A stretch of DNA of 64,000 nucleotides from a virus (lineage: Duplodnaviria; Caudoviricetes), in the IMG/VR virus record IMGVR_UViG_3300031760_000005, positions 93,696 to 157,695 of that record. The stretch is one strand, 5' to 3'. The translations under genes and the position numbers were made by a program. The first letter of the stretch is position 1; every line of letters begins with the position of its first letter. The notes under the pieces are model-generated. The model was given only the letters and a program-made list of their open reading frames with translations. It was not told where the DNA came from and ran no database searches. Positions 32,569-43,237 of this stretch are shown one piece after another.

Positions 32569-35500
32569 ATGGCAATTTTATTAAATTCAGAAAGTGGAAT
32601 TCAATTTTCTAATGTAACATTACCTGGAGCAACAACAGGTAATAAACGTACTAATTCTACATATAAAGATAAATCAACTGGTAATAATGCATCTGCGCGT
32701 TCAACAACAGAAATTAGTGAACCAACAGCAAGATTTGTCAATGCAATAGATATTGATTGGAATGGAGCAGAATGGCCAAGTTCTATACCATCTGCGCCAA
32801 CAATAATTAATACAACTGGTGATTTAATTAATGCAATTAAATATTCTGCAAACGCGCCCCACTCGCACGGCAATTATTTGACTGCTCATCAAAGTTTAGC
32901 TCACTCTCACACAGATTATATAACAACTGCAAGTACTGGTTTAACTAAAAGTGGTCAAACAATTAGTTTAAATAAAGCAGCTATTGATTCTGATTCATCA
33001 TCTCCTCGTTTATTAGGTGGTATTTTACCATATAATGCATATAATTATGATATGTTAAATTATATTCAAAATATTACACCTAATAGTGGTAATCATAATT
33101 ATGGTATAACAGTAGATGAAAATGGTCTTGCATTTGTAGGATTACCTGAGTTTTCGTTAACAAGTCACTCTCACAGTCAATATTTGACAAGTTTAGCACA
33201 CTCACATAGTCAATATGCAACAACTAGTCATGCGCACACTCAATATATAACAACAGCAGGTACTGGTTTAACTAAAAGTGGTCAAACACTTGGTTTAAAC
33301 CAAGCAACAGAAGCACTATTAGGTGGTGTAATGGTTTCTTATCATTATACTTCAGTATTAAATAATATACAGGATGTTCATGCGGAGGGTGAAAGCTCTG
33401 AGATGCTTGACTCTCATTATCAATATCATTTTGGTTTACAATCAGATAGTACAGGTAAAGCATTTGTAAATATACCTCAGTTAGCATATTTAGGTACAAA
33501 ATTATATTCTGTAAATTATAGTAATGGTAAACTTACAACAAATATAGATGAAAATTCAGGTTCTACAGAAGTAGTATCAGCATCTCAAATTGTTACTGAT
33601 GGCGGTGGTATAAAATCATTAGCACACTCACATAGTCAGTATGCAACAACTAGTCATTCGCATTCCGATTATATAACAACTAATGGTACTGGCTTAAGTA
33701 AAAATGGTCAAACACTTAGTTTAAAAACTGCATCAACTACTGAAATTGGTGGTATTAAAGCATCAATAGATAATGAAGAAATTGCAAGAATTTATCCAAC
33801 TATAGCTGTTTCAAATGGTTTTGCATATGTAACTGGTGCAGCAAAAGACGATCATAATCACGATGATATATATTATACAGAAACAGAAGTTGATACTAAA
33901 CTTACCACAAAAGCAGATACAACTACTGTGCCTACTGATTTACAATTAGTTGGTAGCAACATAAAATTAAAAATTAATGGTTCTAGTTCTGGCACTGGTG
34001 TTAATGCATCTACTATTGTAACAAGCGGTATTAATTCAAATGGAGCTAAACCAAAAGTTACAGATACTGGTCATGGTATTGAACGTACATTAGGTGCCAT
34101 TAAAGTTAATGCTGTAAATGAAGGTAATGTTGATTTAACAACAGCATCATATGTTAGTGGTGATACTGTACAAAATTATGGAGTGGAAATCGATAGTACT
34201 GGTTTAGCATATGTACCATTAGCTGCAAATAAAATAGCAGAAGCTGGTGGAGGTTTGTTACATATAAAAGATGAAGTTTATGCAGATAACATAATGAATG
34301 GTGCATATTCATGTGTTACTTCTGGTAGAACTAATTGGATAACTACAAAGGATGAACAAGGTAATACTTTACCTGGTGTTGTATTTGGATTAGGAGATTT
34401 ACAAATAGCAGTAGATGCTAAAGGTAGATTATATAGTAGAAAAAATACTGATAGACGAATTTGGCAATTAGTTAATCAATTAGAAACTATAGATACTAGT
34501 GGTGTTGTTGATTGTAATACTTTAATTTATCCAGCTGTTTTAGGTTATGCTAAAATATCTAATGGTCCAAGTGACGCCGCAGCTGATGATCGTTTCACAG
34601 TATTTGTATTTACAAGTTCTGATTTTGATGTTAATGGTTATCGTTCAATAATACAAATAGCTATTAATAGATCTAGTGGAGCTCAATATTTACGTTTCTA
34701 TTTTAAAATAGTTGATGGAAGTAATGGTAAACCTATTGACTATGGTTGGTCTAGAATCAATTCCGGTAATACAGGTGTTACTCAATTATCAGGTTTATAT
34801 AAAATAGCTATTAATAATGGTGATATAACAGCTGCTAATAATGTAACTTGGTCAGATATTAATGGAATATCCGGTAGTACAGCAACATCATCATCTAAAG
34901 GTTTAGTACGTGGTGCAACTGATGCTGAAGTAACTCAATATGCAAACCAACAGTATTATGCATTACGTGTTAATAGTAATGGTTTAGCATATGTAACGGG
35001 TGTCGCAAAAGATGATCATAATCATGATGATAGATATTACACAGAAACAGAAATTGATACTAAACTTGGTGCGAAAGCAGATAAATCATCAGCTGTAACA
35101 AATGTTAGTTGGAATGGTGGTAGTATACAAAAAACAATTAATGGTACAACATCAAATGTTATCACTGCTTCTTCTATAGTTGCTTCTGGTATTAATACAG
35201 ATTCAGCTAAACCAACTGTTACAGATGACGGTCACAGTGAAATTCAACGTACATTTGGTGCTATTAAAGTTGCTATAGTAAAATCTGAAACACCAACATT
35301 ACAAAGTTATGCATATGTAGATAGCGGTGATCCAAGCGTTAAATATTATGGAGTACAAACAGATCAAAATGGTTTAGCATTTGTACAAATACCAGTATCA
35401 TCAGAAGGTATTAGTGAAGTAACAGCAGAAAATCACTATACTAGTCCTGCAGGAGCAAAATCATCTGGTTTATATAAAATTACAACTGATGCTGCTGGTC

Positions 35501-35931
35501 ATATTACAGCTGCTACCGCAGTAACAAGAGATGATATTGTATCATTACTTGGTAATTATTATAGCTTGAATAGTATTGCACCATTATTTGAAAATGGACA
35601 AAATGCATATATTTTTGCCGGATTTAATTCTGATGGTACACTTAATAATCAAACATTAAGCAGTTTAACTGAATATAGTGTTACACAAGCGCCACTTACA
35701 ATTAATGCAGCTGAATATATAGAAGAACGTTTACCTGGTACTAATATAGAAGTTCATGCATCTGACAATGATCAGTATGCTATTATTGCATGGCCTCAAA
35801 AATTTGGTTATTTAGAATTTGATGATAATTGGAATAAAGCTATTGGAACTGTAAGTACAACTTATGGCGATTATTATTGGAAATCAACAAAAGCACAGAA
35901 TAGAATTTATCCAACAGTAATAATTAGATAA
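32569..35931 (+). CDS. long tail fibre protein A
   Basis: Repeated HSH/HNH motifs, KDDHNHDD.YYTETE.D twice, repeated GL..D..G.AFV modules. Confidence 0.8.
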   Translation: MAILLNSESGIQFSNVTLPGATTGNKRTNSTYKDKSTGNNASARSTTEISEPTARFVNAIDIDWNGAEWPSSIPSAPTIINTTGDLINAIKYSANAPHSHGNYLTAHQSLAHSHTDYITTASTGLTKSGQTISLNKAAIDSDSSSPRLLGGILPYNAYNYDMLNYIQNITPNSGNHNYGITVDENGLAFVGLPEFSLTSHSHSQYLTSLAHSHSQYATTSHAHTQYITTAGTGLTKSGQTLGLNQATEALLGGVMVSYHYTSVLNNIQDVHAEGESSEMLDSHYQYHFGLQSDSTGKAFVNIPQLAYLGTKLYSVNYSNGKLTTNIDENSGSTEVVSASQIVTDGGGIKSLAHSHSQYATTSHSHSDYITTNGTGLSKNGQTLSLKTASTTEIGGIKASIDNEEIARIYPTIAVSNGFAYVTGAAKDDHNHDDIYYTETEVDTKLTTKADTTTVPTDLQLVGSNIKLKINGSSSGTGVNASTIVTSGINSNGAKPKVTDTGHGIERTLGAIKVNAVNEGNVDLTTASYVSGDTVQNYGVEIDSTGLAYVPLAANKIAEAGGGLLHIKDEVYADNIMNGAYSCVTSGRTNWITTKDEQGNTLPGVVFGLGDLQIAVDAKGRLYSRKNTDRRIWQLVNQLETIDTSGVVDCNTLIYPAVLGYAKISNGPSDAAADDRFTVFVFTSSDFDVNGYRSIIQIAINRSSGAQYLRFYFKIVDGSNGKPIDYGWSRINSGNTGVTQLSGLYKIAINNGDITAANNVTWSDINGISGSTATSSSKGLVRGATDAEVTQYANQQYYALRVNSNGLAYVTGVAKDDHNHDDRYYTETEIDTKLGAKADKSSAVTNVSWNGGSIQKTINGTTSNVITASSIVASGINTDSAKPTVTDDGHSEIQRTFGAIKVAIVKSETPTLQSYAYVDSGDPSVKYYGVQTDQNGLAFVQIPVSSEGISEVTAENHYTSPAGAKSSGLYKITTDAAGHITAATAVTRDDIVSLLGNYYSLNSIAPLFENGQNAYIFAGFNSDGTLNNQTLSSLTEYSVTQAPLTINAAEYIEERLPGTNIEVHASDNDQYAIIAWPQKFGYLEFDDNWNKAIGTVSTTYGDYYWKSTKAQNRIYPTVIIR
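33424..33569 (+). repeat. inverted repeat partner of 41682-41827
   Basis: 146 bp with 4 mismatches (first 86 bp identical) to reverse complement of 41682-41827. Confidence 0.9.
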
Positions 35932-35955
35932 CAATTTATCATAAAATATATTTAG

Positions 35956-35985
35956 AAATGGGGTAGTTAAAACTACTCCATTTTT
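35956..35985 (+). terminator. intrinsic terminator fused to late motif
   Basis: AAATGGGGTAGTT-AA-AACTACTCCATTTTT. Confidence 0.7.
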
Positions 35986-36025
35986 ATTTTTAATTAAATA
36001 AATGTTTATTTATATATAATATTTT

Positions 36026-36490
36026 ATGTTAGATTACAAAATTATAGAATATAAACAAAAAATAACAAAAGATGATGTAACATATATTGATTTATTATCT
36101 AAAACTTTTAATAAAGATTTAGAACCAAATGGTCATTTATTAATAGTAAATAAATATTATGTGGCTCGTCCAGATTTAATTTCATTAGCTTTATATGGAA
36201 CGGATAAATATGCAGATGCCATATGTAAAATTAATGGGATATCTAATCCATTTGAATTAAATGAAGATAATATTATAATTGTCCCATCAGCTGAATATAT
36301 TGAAGGATATGCAAAAAGTTTTGATTCATCAGGTTCAGAATTAATAACTAATGATGATGACGATGATGAGATTATGAAAATAAAAAATACTATGCAAAAA
36401 CGCCCTAATGAAAGACGTAGTTCTAATGAGCAATTAGTTGGTGAATCTAATTATATCATCGATAAGTCATTAGGTATAATTTTATATTAA
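36026..36490 (+). CDS. gp53-like baseplate wedge protein (LysM-like)
   Basis: RPDLISLALYG...DAICKINGISNPFEL. Confidence 0.75.
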   Translation: MLDYKIIEYKQKITKDDVTYIDLLSKTFNKDLEPNGHLLIVNKYYVARPDLISLALYGTDKYADAICKINGISNPFELNEDNIIIVPSAEYIEGYAKSFDSSGSELITNDDDDDEIMKIKNTMQKRPNERRSSNEQLVGESNYIIDKSLGIILY

Positions 36491-36498
36491 ATTTATAT

Positions 36499-38250
36499 AT
36501 GCCAAATTTTGATAGTTTAATAAATTTAGCGTTGTCTAATACTAATCGTGGTACTAGCTCTAATGTCGAAAAAGATGTTAGTAAACCCGTTAGTACTGAA
36601 TTTAATCTTGTTGAATCTTCTAAATTAAATTATACAGATCCTATTGTTAGACACGATGGAGGTAATCATTCTAATGTTGCAGTTTTTAAAGATGATTTGA
36701 CTGCAAATACTCCAGCAGGTTTTAATCATGAAGGAGATACAGAACCAGAAAAAATACATGGTATAAAAATACCTGTTGTTAAAGTAAATAATTTAGTTGT
36801 TTCATACGATAAAATTCTTCATCTTAAACTAGATTATACTGATTTTAGACCTAAATTAGAATTATGGATAAAAGATACGGATGATGAAATTAAAACTCAA
36901 GATATGCCAACTCGCAATAATATAATTACTATCGTTATTGTACCACAAGTAGATGGTGCGTATAAAAAAATATCAATAGATTTTTATACTAATACAATTC
37001 CACAAAAAGAGGGTGATATAATAAAATATATTGACTGCGAATATAAATTAAACGGATTATATGAAGGCACACCAACTTGTTGGAAGCATTCTGGATGTTC
37101 ATCAGATAAATGTTCTACATCACAAGATAATAAACCAACAACATTTGAGTTATTTCATGATATAGCCGCTAGTTTAGGATTAGGTTATCAAACAACTGAA
37201 CAAGTAAAGGAGATACAAGATCACTTACCAAGAAACACCCAAAATTTAAAACTTTGGGAATTTATGAAAAAACAAATTTCTTTTGGTGGGTTAGATGAAA
37301 ATTCTTTATTTGATATGTGGATTGATTTATATGGGTATTTAACTATCGTTAATGTTCCATGGGTATTATCACAAGATATTGATGGAGGATATTTAGGTAT
37401 AATGGCATTAAGTGGAATTCCAAATACTTCAGAAAATTTGCCTGATCCAGTTTATAAATTAGTACATAGAACAATTCATAATTTTGATAATCAAACGATG
37501 AACACTAATTTAACTTTTAAAAACTATGAACACGTATTAGACTTTTGGAAGTTAAATAAAACAGGTGAAATACGTAATTATTATATATTTAATCGTGCTG
37601 GTGATCCAACTGCTAATTCTGAAGTTGGAGGAAATAATATTGAACAAATAAATGTACAAGCTTCTGCTGCGACAGTTGATGAAAGTGATTATGGGCAATG
37701 GCAACATGGAGCACAAACTATTGTATTAACTGAACAAAATGAATATCCAACTGCTACGCAAGCAGTAATTAGAGATATGTATTTTACTAATTTACGTACT
37801 AATATGTTAAAGGTAGAATTATTTGAATATAATCTTGGATTACAACGAGGTACATTAATTAATCTTGTAGTATATAATTATGATTTACATTCAAAATTAA
37901 AAATTGCTACTAGTGCCCAATCAATAAATGGTAATAATGTTAATACAAAAATGGAAGATAATTTTTCAACAGATGAAATGAATCAAAAAGATATGATAAT
38001 GAACTCAGCTGTTCCTTTACGAGATCCTTCTATATCGGGTATTTATTATATTGATGGTATGGAATTTTTGTATAATAAAGAAGAACAAGAAATTCAACAA
38101 TTTTTATATTTAATACCAAAATATAGAGTATCTCATTTAACCAATGCTCAATCTACTCCAAAGATTGATCCTACAATATTTGAACAAAATGAAGAAACAA
38201 GAACTTCTGAGTTACCTGATATACCTGCGTCAAGCATTGTACATTTTTAA
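36499..38250 (+). CDS. putative baseplate hub protein
   Basis: C-terminal NLGLQRG..I, SGIYYI.G..F.Y pattern; follows gp53-like gene. Confidence 0.5.
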   Translation: MPNFDSLINLALSNTNRGTSSNVEKDVSKPVSTEFNLVESSKLNYTDPIVRHDGGNHSNVAVFKDDLTANTPAGFNHEGDTEPEKIHGIKIPVVKVNNLVVSYDKILHLKLDYTDFRPKLELWIKDTDDEIKTQDMPTRNNIITIVIVPQVDGAYKKISIDFYTNTIPQKEGDIIKYIDCEYKLNGLYEGTPTCWKHSGCSSDKCSTSQDNKPTTFELFHDIAASLGLGYQTTEQVKEIQDHLPRNTQNLKLWEFMKKQISFGGLDENSLFDMWIDLYGYLTIVNVPWVLSQDIDGGYLGIMALSGIPNTSENLPDPVYKLVHRTIHNFDNQTMNTNLTFKNYEHVLDFWKLNKTGEIRNYYIFNRAGDPTANSEVGGNNIEQINVQASAATVDESDYGQWQHGAQTIVLTEQNEYPTATQAVIRDMYFTNLRTNMLKVELFEYNLGLQRGTLINLVVYNYDLHSKLKIATSAQSINGNNVNTKMEDNFSTDEMNQKDMIMNSAVPLRDPSISGIYYIDGMEFLYNKEEQEIQQFLYLIPKYRVSHLTNAQSTPKIDPTIFEQNEETRTSELPDIPASSIVHF

Positions 38251-38266
38251 ATATATAAATAATTAA

Positions 38267-38878
38267 ATGAATAAAATACAATCATATAACGAAATAATAT
38301 ATGACTCTAGACCAGTAAAATATACTGAGTTTATATCTGATAAATATAATTTAATTCATCAAGAATTATATTTAGATGCATTAAATAAAGCAATATCTGA
38401 TTATATAAAATTTAATAATCAATATGAAAATATTAATGAGTTTAAACAAAATGTAAATATTGTAGAAGTTAAAAATAATGAATATTGGCAGCCATCTTAT
38501 ACAATTTGGCGTACTAAAATATATCCTTATAAAATATTAACTAAAGGACAATTCGCAGATGAACATAAAATCCCTAATTCTAAATACATTGAATCAGATA
38601 ATCCTGGAGCTATGTCATTAGAATATTGGTGGAATATGTATCAGAAATTTGAAGATAAAAATATAAATAATATTAAAATTTCTAACGATAACTTAAATGA
38701 TTATGTTTTAATTAATTTAAATTATGTAACTGGTATAGCAACATTACGTTCAAAATTAACTTATAAAGAAATAGAGGTACCATTTGAATATTTAGATGAA
38801 AATATTGATATTGATGATTCTATGTTATTGGATCATACATTTGGTGCACTTTGGAAAAATAAATACGGAAATGAATAA
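38267..38878 (+). CDS. hypothetical protein
   Basis: 203 aa ORF. Confidence 0.65.
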   Translation: MNKIQSYNEIIYDSRPVKYTEFISDKYNLIHQELYLDALNKAISDYIKFNNQYENINEFKQNVNIVEVKNNEYWQPSYTIWRTKIYPYKILTKGQFADEHKIPNSKYIESDNPGAMSLEYWWNMYQKFEDKNINNIKISNDNLNDYVLINLNYVTGIATLRSKLTYKEIEVPFEYLDENIDIDDSMLLDHTFGALWKNKYGNE

Positions 38879-40578
38879 TGGGATTCTTTTCAAAACTTGG
38901 TTCATCATTAGCTAATACGGCTGTACAAGGAACAAAACAAGGATTAGTTAGTGGTATATTATCTGCTTCAAGAGGATCGTATAATAACGTTCTTGGAGGT
39001 AATTCACTTCTCCAAATACAAGAACATATTCCATATTATGTAGATAGTATTGATATGTCTAATGCAGATTATATTTATAAAGGGAAGGAATTATATTCAA
39101 CAACATATAAAGATCTAGATAACGCAGATAATTTAACAAAAACGATAAGCAAAAAAGCAAAAATATATGATGAATCTTATAATAGTCAAAAAATTAGTTT
39201 TACACAAAACAATAATTTAGAAAACAATTTTAAATTACCTCAATGGGGTTATGATGTATTTATAAATGAACGTTCAAGTTTTCAAAAAGGATTAGGCGGT
39301 CCTACGAATGATCCTGGTTATTTTTATTTTAAAATATTTTTTAATTTTGATACAAATTATGGATTATTTGGTGGAATATTAAATAGTAATTCAACAGTAT
39401 ATGAATCATCTATTAATACAGCTATTAAATATTTAAGTATATGTCAAAATAATTATAAAATTGAAAAATTATTAGATAGATCTATAGCATTACAAAAATT
39501 TACTCGTATATTAAGTTTTATTAATTCACAAGCTCCATGGTTTTTTACTGGAGTAAGTGGATTAGATAAAGCTGGAGCACCAATAACAAATGAATTTAGC
39601 AAAGAAAAAAGTATTGAAATAGAAGTTTCTGAAGATGCAATAGATATGCGTTTAGCAACATTAATGGATTTATATAAATATGCATGTTATGATGAATATA
39701 ATTCAAAAGAAATTATTCCTGAAAATTTACGCAAATTTGATATGTCTATTATGTTGTTTGCATCTCCTTTAAAATATTTTCATACTGCTATAAAAGATGG
39801 TAGTAAAAAACTTTCTTATAAAGGATTTAATCTTGGAAAAGGATATAAAGATTTTCCTTCATTTAAGTTATATACTTTTACAAATTGTGAAATAAGTCCT
39901 GAAGTATTAGGTAATATGGTACCTAATTCCATAACAAACGATAAACCATTTCAATTAGGTAAAACTAAAATAAAAATTACATATGATAGAGTATATACAC
40001 ATACATGTAATGAATTTAATCAAATATTATTTGGTACTACAGGAATATATTTTAATGAATATGGAGATTTTCAAAATGATCGTTATTCAATAATTCAAAA
40101 AATTGTTGACTATGGAAATAAAGATGAAAAGAATAAAAAAACTTTAACTGATATCGCTGAATCTATTGTTCATACTAATTTAATGGATTTGACTGGTTAT
40201 AGTTTAGGAAATATTTATGGACAAGATTCTAAAATAGGAAGTGATTATTGGAAAACAAAAATTAATTGGCAATTTAATAAAAATATATCTGTAGTACAAG
40301 ATATAGGTACTAATGTATTATTAAAATTGTTAAATTCTCATTATAACGCTTCGGCTAGATTACATACAGCTGGAAATGGTACTAAAATAAGTGATACTGG
40401 ATGGTTACCAGGATATGGAGAAATGGCAGTTGGTTCTGAATATTGGAAAGATAAAATTAAATCATTAAAAACTGGTAAAAAGATTAGTTCAGGTTATAGT
40501 GATTATGTTACAATGAAACAACGAGCAAGTAACTTTAGTTTTAAACAAACATTATATGATATGTTTAGAAATCCATAA
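38878..40578 (+). CDS. putative tail-tube/baseplate junction protein
   Basis: WFFTGVSGLD, IDMRLATLMDLYK, IPENLRKFDM tube-like pattern; context. Confidence 0.5.
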   Translation: MGFFSKLGSSLANTAVQGTKQGLVSGILSASRGSYNNVLGGNSLLQIQEHIPYYVDSIDMSNADYIYKGKELYSTTYKDLDNADNLTKTISKKAKIYDESYNSQKISFTQNNNLENNFKLPQWGYDVFINERSSFQKGLGGPTNDPGYFYFKIFFNFDTNYGLFGGILNSNSTVYESSINTAIKYLSICQNNYKIEKLLDRSIALQKFTRILSFINSQAPWFFTGVSGLDKAGAPITNEFSKEKSIEIEVSEDAIDMRLATLMDLYKYACYDEYNSKEIIPENLRKFDMSIMLFASPLKYFHTAIKDGSKKLSYKGFNLGKGYKDFPSFKLYTFTNCEISPEVLGNMVPNSITNDKPFQLGKTKIKITYDRVYTHTCNEFNQILFGTTGIYFNEYGDFQNDRYSIIQKIVDYGNKDEKNKKTLTDIAESIVHTNLMDLTGYSLGNIYGQDSKIGSDYWKTKINWQFNKNISVVQDIGTNVLLKLLNSHYNASARLHTAGNGTKISDTGWLPGYGEMAVGSEYWKDKIKSLKTGKKISSGYSDYVTMKQRASNFSFKQTLYDMFRNP

Positions 40579-40579
40579 A

Positions 40580-40607
40580 AAAGGAGCTTCATTAATGAAG
40601 CTCCTTT
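40580..40607. terminator. bidirectional terminator (perfect palindrome)
   Basis: AAAGGAGCTTCATTAATGAAGCTCCTTT between convergent genes. Confidence 0.75.
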
Positions 40608-40627
40608 CATTTATAAATATCAATTAT

Positions 40628-43237
40628 TTAATTATTATTTAATCTTGCCTCTAATTCAGCTATTTTATTTTCTAGTGCAGCTATTCTTGATTCTAATCCA
40701 CCAATCTGTCTCCAATTTGTTATAATAATATTATTTCCATTTTTAAATTGTTTATATACTGTACGCATATATATATCTCCAAATTCTTCTGATGTTTCTG
40801 GACGAACACGATTTATAACTATTTGAATTACTGAACGATAACCATTAAAATCTAAATCTGCACTAGATATACAAAATAATGAGCATAATACATTATCTGA
40901 TAATGGACCATTGTTTAATCTACCATATCCTATAACTGCTGGATATAAAATTTCATCACAATTATACACCGTTACAGTATCATCAGTATCATCAATAGTT
41001 TTAAGTTGATTTGTTAAATACCATGTATCATTATTTTTATTTCTACTATATAAACATCCATTTGCGTCTATACCAATTTGTAAATTTCCTAATCCAAATA
41101 CAATACCAGGTAAACTATTGCCTTGTTCATCATATGTAGTTATCCAATTAGTTCTACCGGAAGAAACATATGAATATGCGCCATTTGTTATGTTATTTGC
41201 ATTAACTTCATCTTTTATATGTAACAAACCTCCACCATCTTCAACAATTTGAGATGATGATACAACTGTTGTAAAAGGTCCATTTTCATCCTGTCTTGTA
41301 ACAATTTCTTTATTTTTATATTGCACTGATTCTAGTTTAGATTCTATATATGCTAATTGAGGTATATTTACAAATGCACTACCTGTAATATCTGTCATTA
41401 AACCAAAATTATAAGGATAATTAGGTTCTAATGTTTTTGGATCATGTATAGCATCTATATATAACTCATTATTATAATTATAAGAAATTTTCACACCACC
41501 TATTTGATTAACATTTGCTTGATTTAAACTAATTATTTGATTGTCTTTAGTTAAACCAGTACTTGCAGTTGTTATATAATCTGTGTGAGAGTGAGCTAAA
41601 CTTGTTATATAATTACTGTGTGAGTGTTCTAATGATTTTATACCACCACCATCTTCAACAATTTTAGCAGCAGTTACAATATCTGTAGAACCTGAATTTT
41701 GATCTATACTTGTGGTAAGTTTACCATTACTATAATTTACTGAATATAATTTTGTACCTAAATATGCTAACTGAGGTATATTTACAAATGCTTTACCTGT
41801 ACTATCTGATTGTAAACCAAAATGATAAGGATAATCACTTTTAAATTCATCAGCATCATCTGTTGATCCATAATAAGCATGTATATTATCTAATGTTGAA
41901 GAATATCTATAAGAAACTTTCACGCCACCTATTTGATCAACATTTGCATTTGGTATATTTTTTAAACCACCACCATCTGTAACAATTTTAGATGCCGATA
42001 CTATAGATACAGTTGTTTTATCTACAGTTTTTGTTAATTCTTTAGAACTATCATCATAATTAACAAATTCTGGTATTATCCAAGGTACATAAGTAAATGC
42101 TTGTCCTAACGTATTTAATCGTAATGGATAAACTCTATCAGATGGAAAATCTTCACCCATTAAATTAATTCTTTCAGGTGTTTCTTCTTCATTAACAGGT
42201 TGTTCAATTATTTGGCCGTTAGGATCAAATCCTAATTTAACAGTACCGAATTTTTCATCAGATGCTTTAGAAATATTAACAAACGCTTGACCTTTTTTAT
42301 TGAGTTGTACACTAAAGTTTCTATCTAAAGGATTTACTTCAGGATCTACTAAATAATAATATTCATATGAGTATGCATATGGTTCATCTTTTATGAATAT
42401 CTGTTTATCTGGATTAAAACCAACTTTAATTAAACCATAAGATGATTCTAAACCTAATTCAGTGTTTGTATCTCTTGCACTAGCAGTTGGAATATTTATA
42501 TACGCTTTTTGATAGTTTTTATTTTTTTCATTGAGTCCAGATGCATCCTTTTTATAGTTTCCAGATTCATCCTTTTCATATTCATCATTATCTATTAATA
42601 CACCAAATAAATGATGAGAGTCATTTTGAGGATTAATATTGTTATTAAATCCTGTTTTTATTCCCCCTAATGTTTCATCAGTTGTCGGTAATAAACTAAT
42701 TATATTATTTATATTATTACGATATTTAATATTTATACCTTCACCTGCTGTTAATACTGAAATAGCTTTAATCCATCCATCATTATAACACAATAAAGAA
42801 TTATCAAATAAAACAAAATAAATATTATTTTCTTTAGCTTTAACATAAGATGACAATAATTTTTTATTTTCAATATCATTTTCTGTTAATGTATATATTC
42901 TTACATTATTTCTTGAATGAGTAAATAATACTTTTTCGCCAACTTTATAATTAACTGTTTCATCATTAATTTTATCAGGTAAATTAAGAGTACTAATTCT
43001 ATAATTTATTTTACATATATTATTACCTACCTCAATAATATTTTCTAAATTTTCATCAGCAATATATAATTCAGCTTTATCCGTATTTGACTCTTTATTA
43101 AATATTAATAGCGTTTGATTAGATACACTATCTAAGCCAGTGGTATTATCACTTTTTAATGTATCTTGTAAATTATTAATTTGTGAAAATAATGTTGTAA
43201 TTTTTTTATTACCAAATTTATTTAAATCTTTAGCCAT
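40628..43237 (-). CDS. tail fibre protein B (shares modules with fibre A)
   Basis: G.(I/V)K.G...G.AFVN modules, HSHS..HSHT, C-terminal coiled coil LESRIAALENKIAELEARL. Confidence 0.8.
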   Translation of the reverse strand: MAKDLNKFGNKKITTLFSQINNLQDTLKSDNTTGLDSVSNQTLLIFNKESNTDKAELYIADENLENIIEVGNNICKINYRISTLNLPDKINDETVNYKVGEKVLFTHSRNNVRIYTLTENDIENKKLLSSYVKAKENNIYFVLFDNSLLCYNDGWIKAISVLTAGEGINIKYRNNINNIISLLPTTDETLGGIKTGFNNNINPQNDSHHLFGVLIDNDEYEKDESGNYKKDASGLNEKNKNYQKAYINIPTASARDTNTELGLESSYGLIKVGFNPDKQIFIKDEPYAYSYEYYYLVDPEVNPLDRNFSVQLNKKGQAFVNISKASDEKFGTVKLGFDPNGQIIEQPVNEEETPERINLMGEDFPSDRVYPLRLNTLGQAFTYVPWIIPEFVNYDDSSKELTKTVDKTTVSIVSASKIVTDGGGLKNIPNANVDQIGGVKVSYRYSSTLDNIHAYYGSTDDADEFKSDYPYHFGLQSDSTGKAFVNIPQLAYLGTKLYSVNYSNGKLTTSIDQNSGSTDIVTAAKIVEDGGGIKSLEHSHSNYITSLAHSHTDYITTASTGLTKDNQIISLNQANVNQIGGVKISYNYNNELYIDAIHDPKTLEPNYPYNFGLMTDITGSAFVNIPQLAYIESKLESVQYKNKEIVTRQDENGPFTTVVSSSQIVEDGGGLLHIKDEVNANNITNGAYSYVSSGRTNWITTYDEQGNSLPGIVFGLGNLQIGIDANGCLYSRNKNNDTWYLTNQLKTIDDTDDTVTVYNCDEILYPAVIGYGRLNNGPLSDNVLCSLFCISSADLDFNGYRSVIQIVINRVRPETSEEFGDIYMRTVYKQFKNGNNIIITNWRQIGGLESRIAALENKIAELEARLNNN
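41682..41827 (-). repeat. inverted repeat partner of 33424-33569
   Basis: See partner; a further 58-bp identity 41546-41603 vs 32892-32949. Confidence 0.9.
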
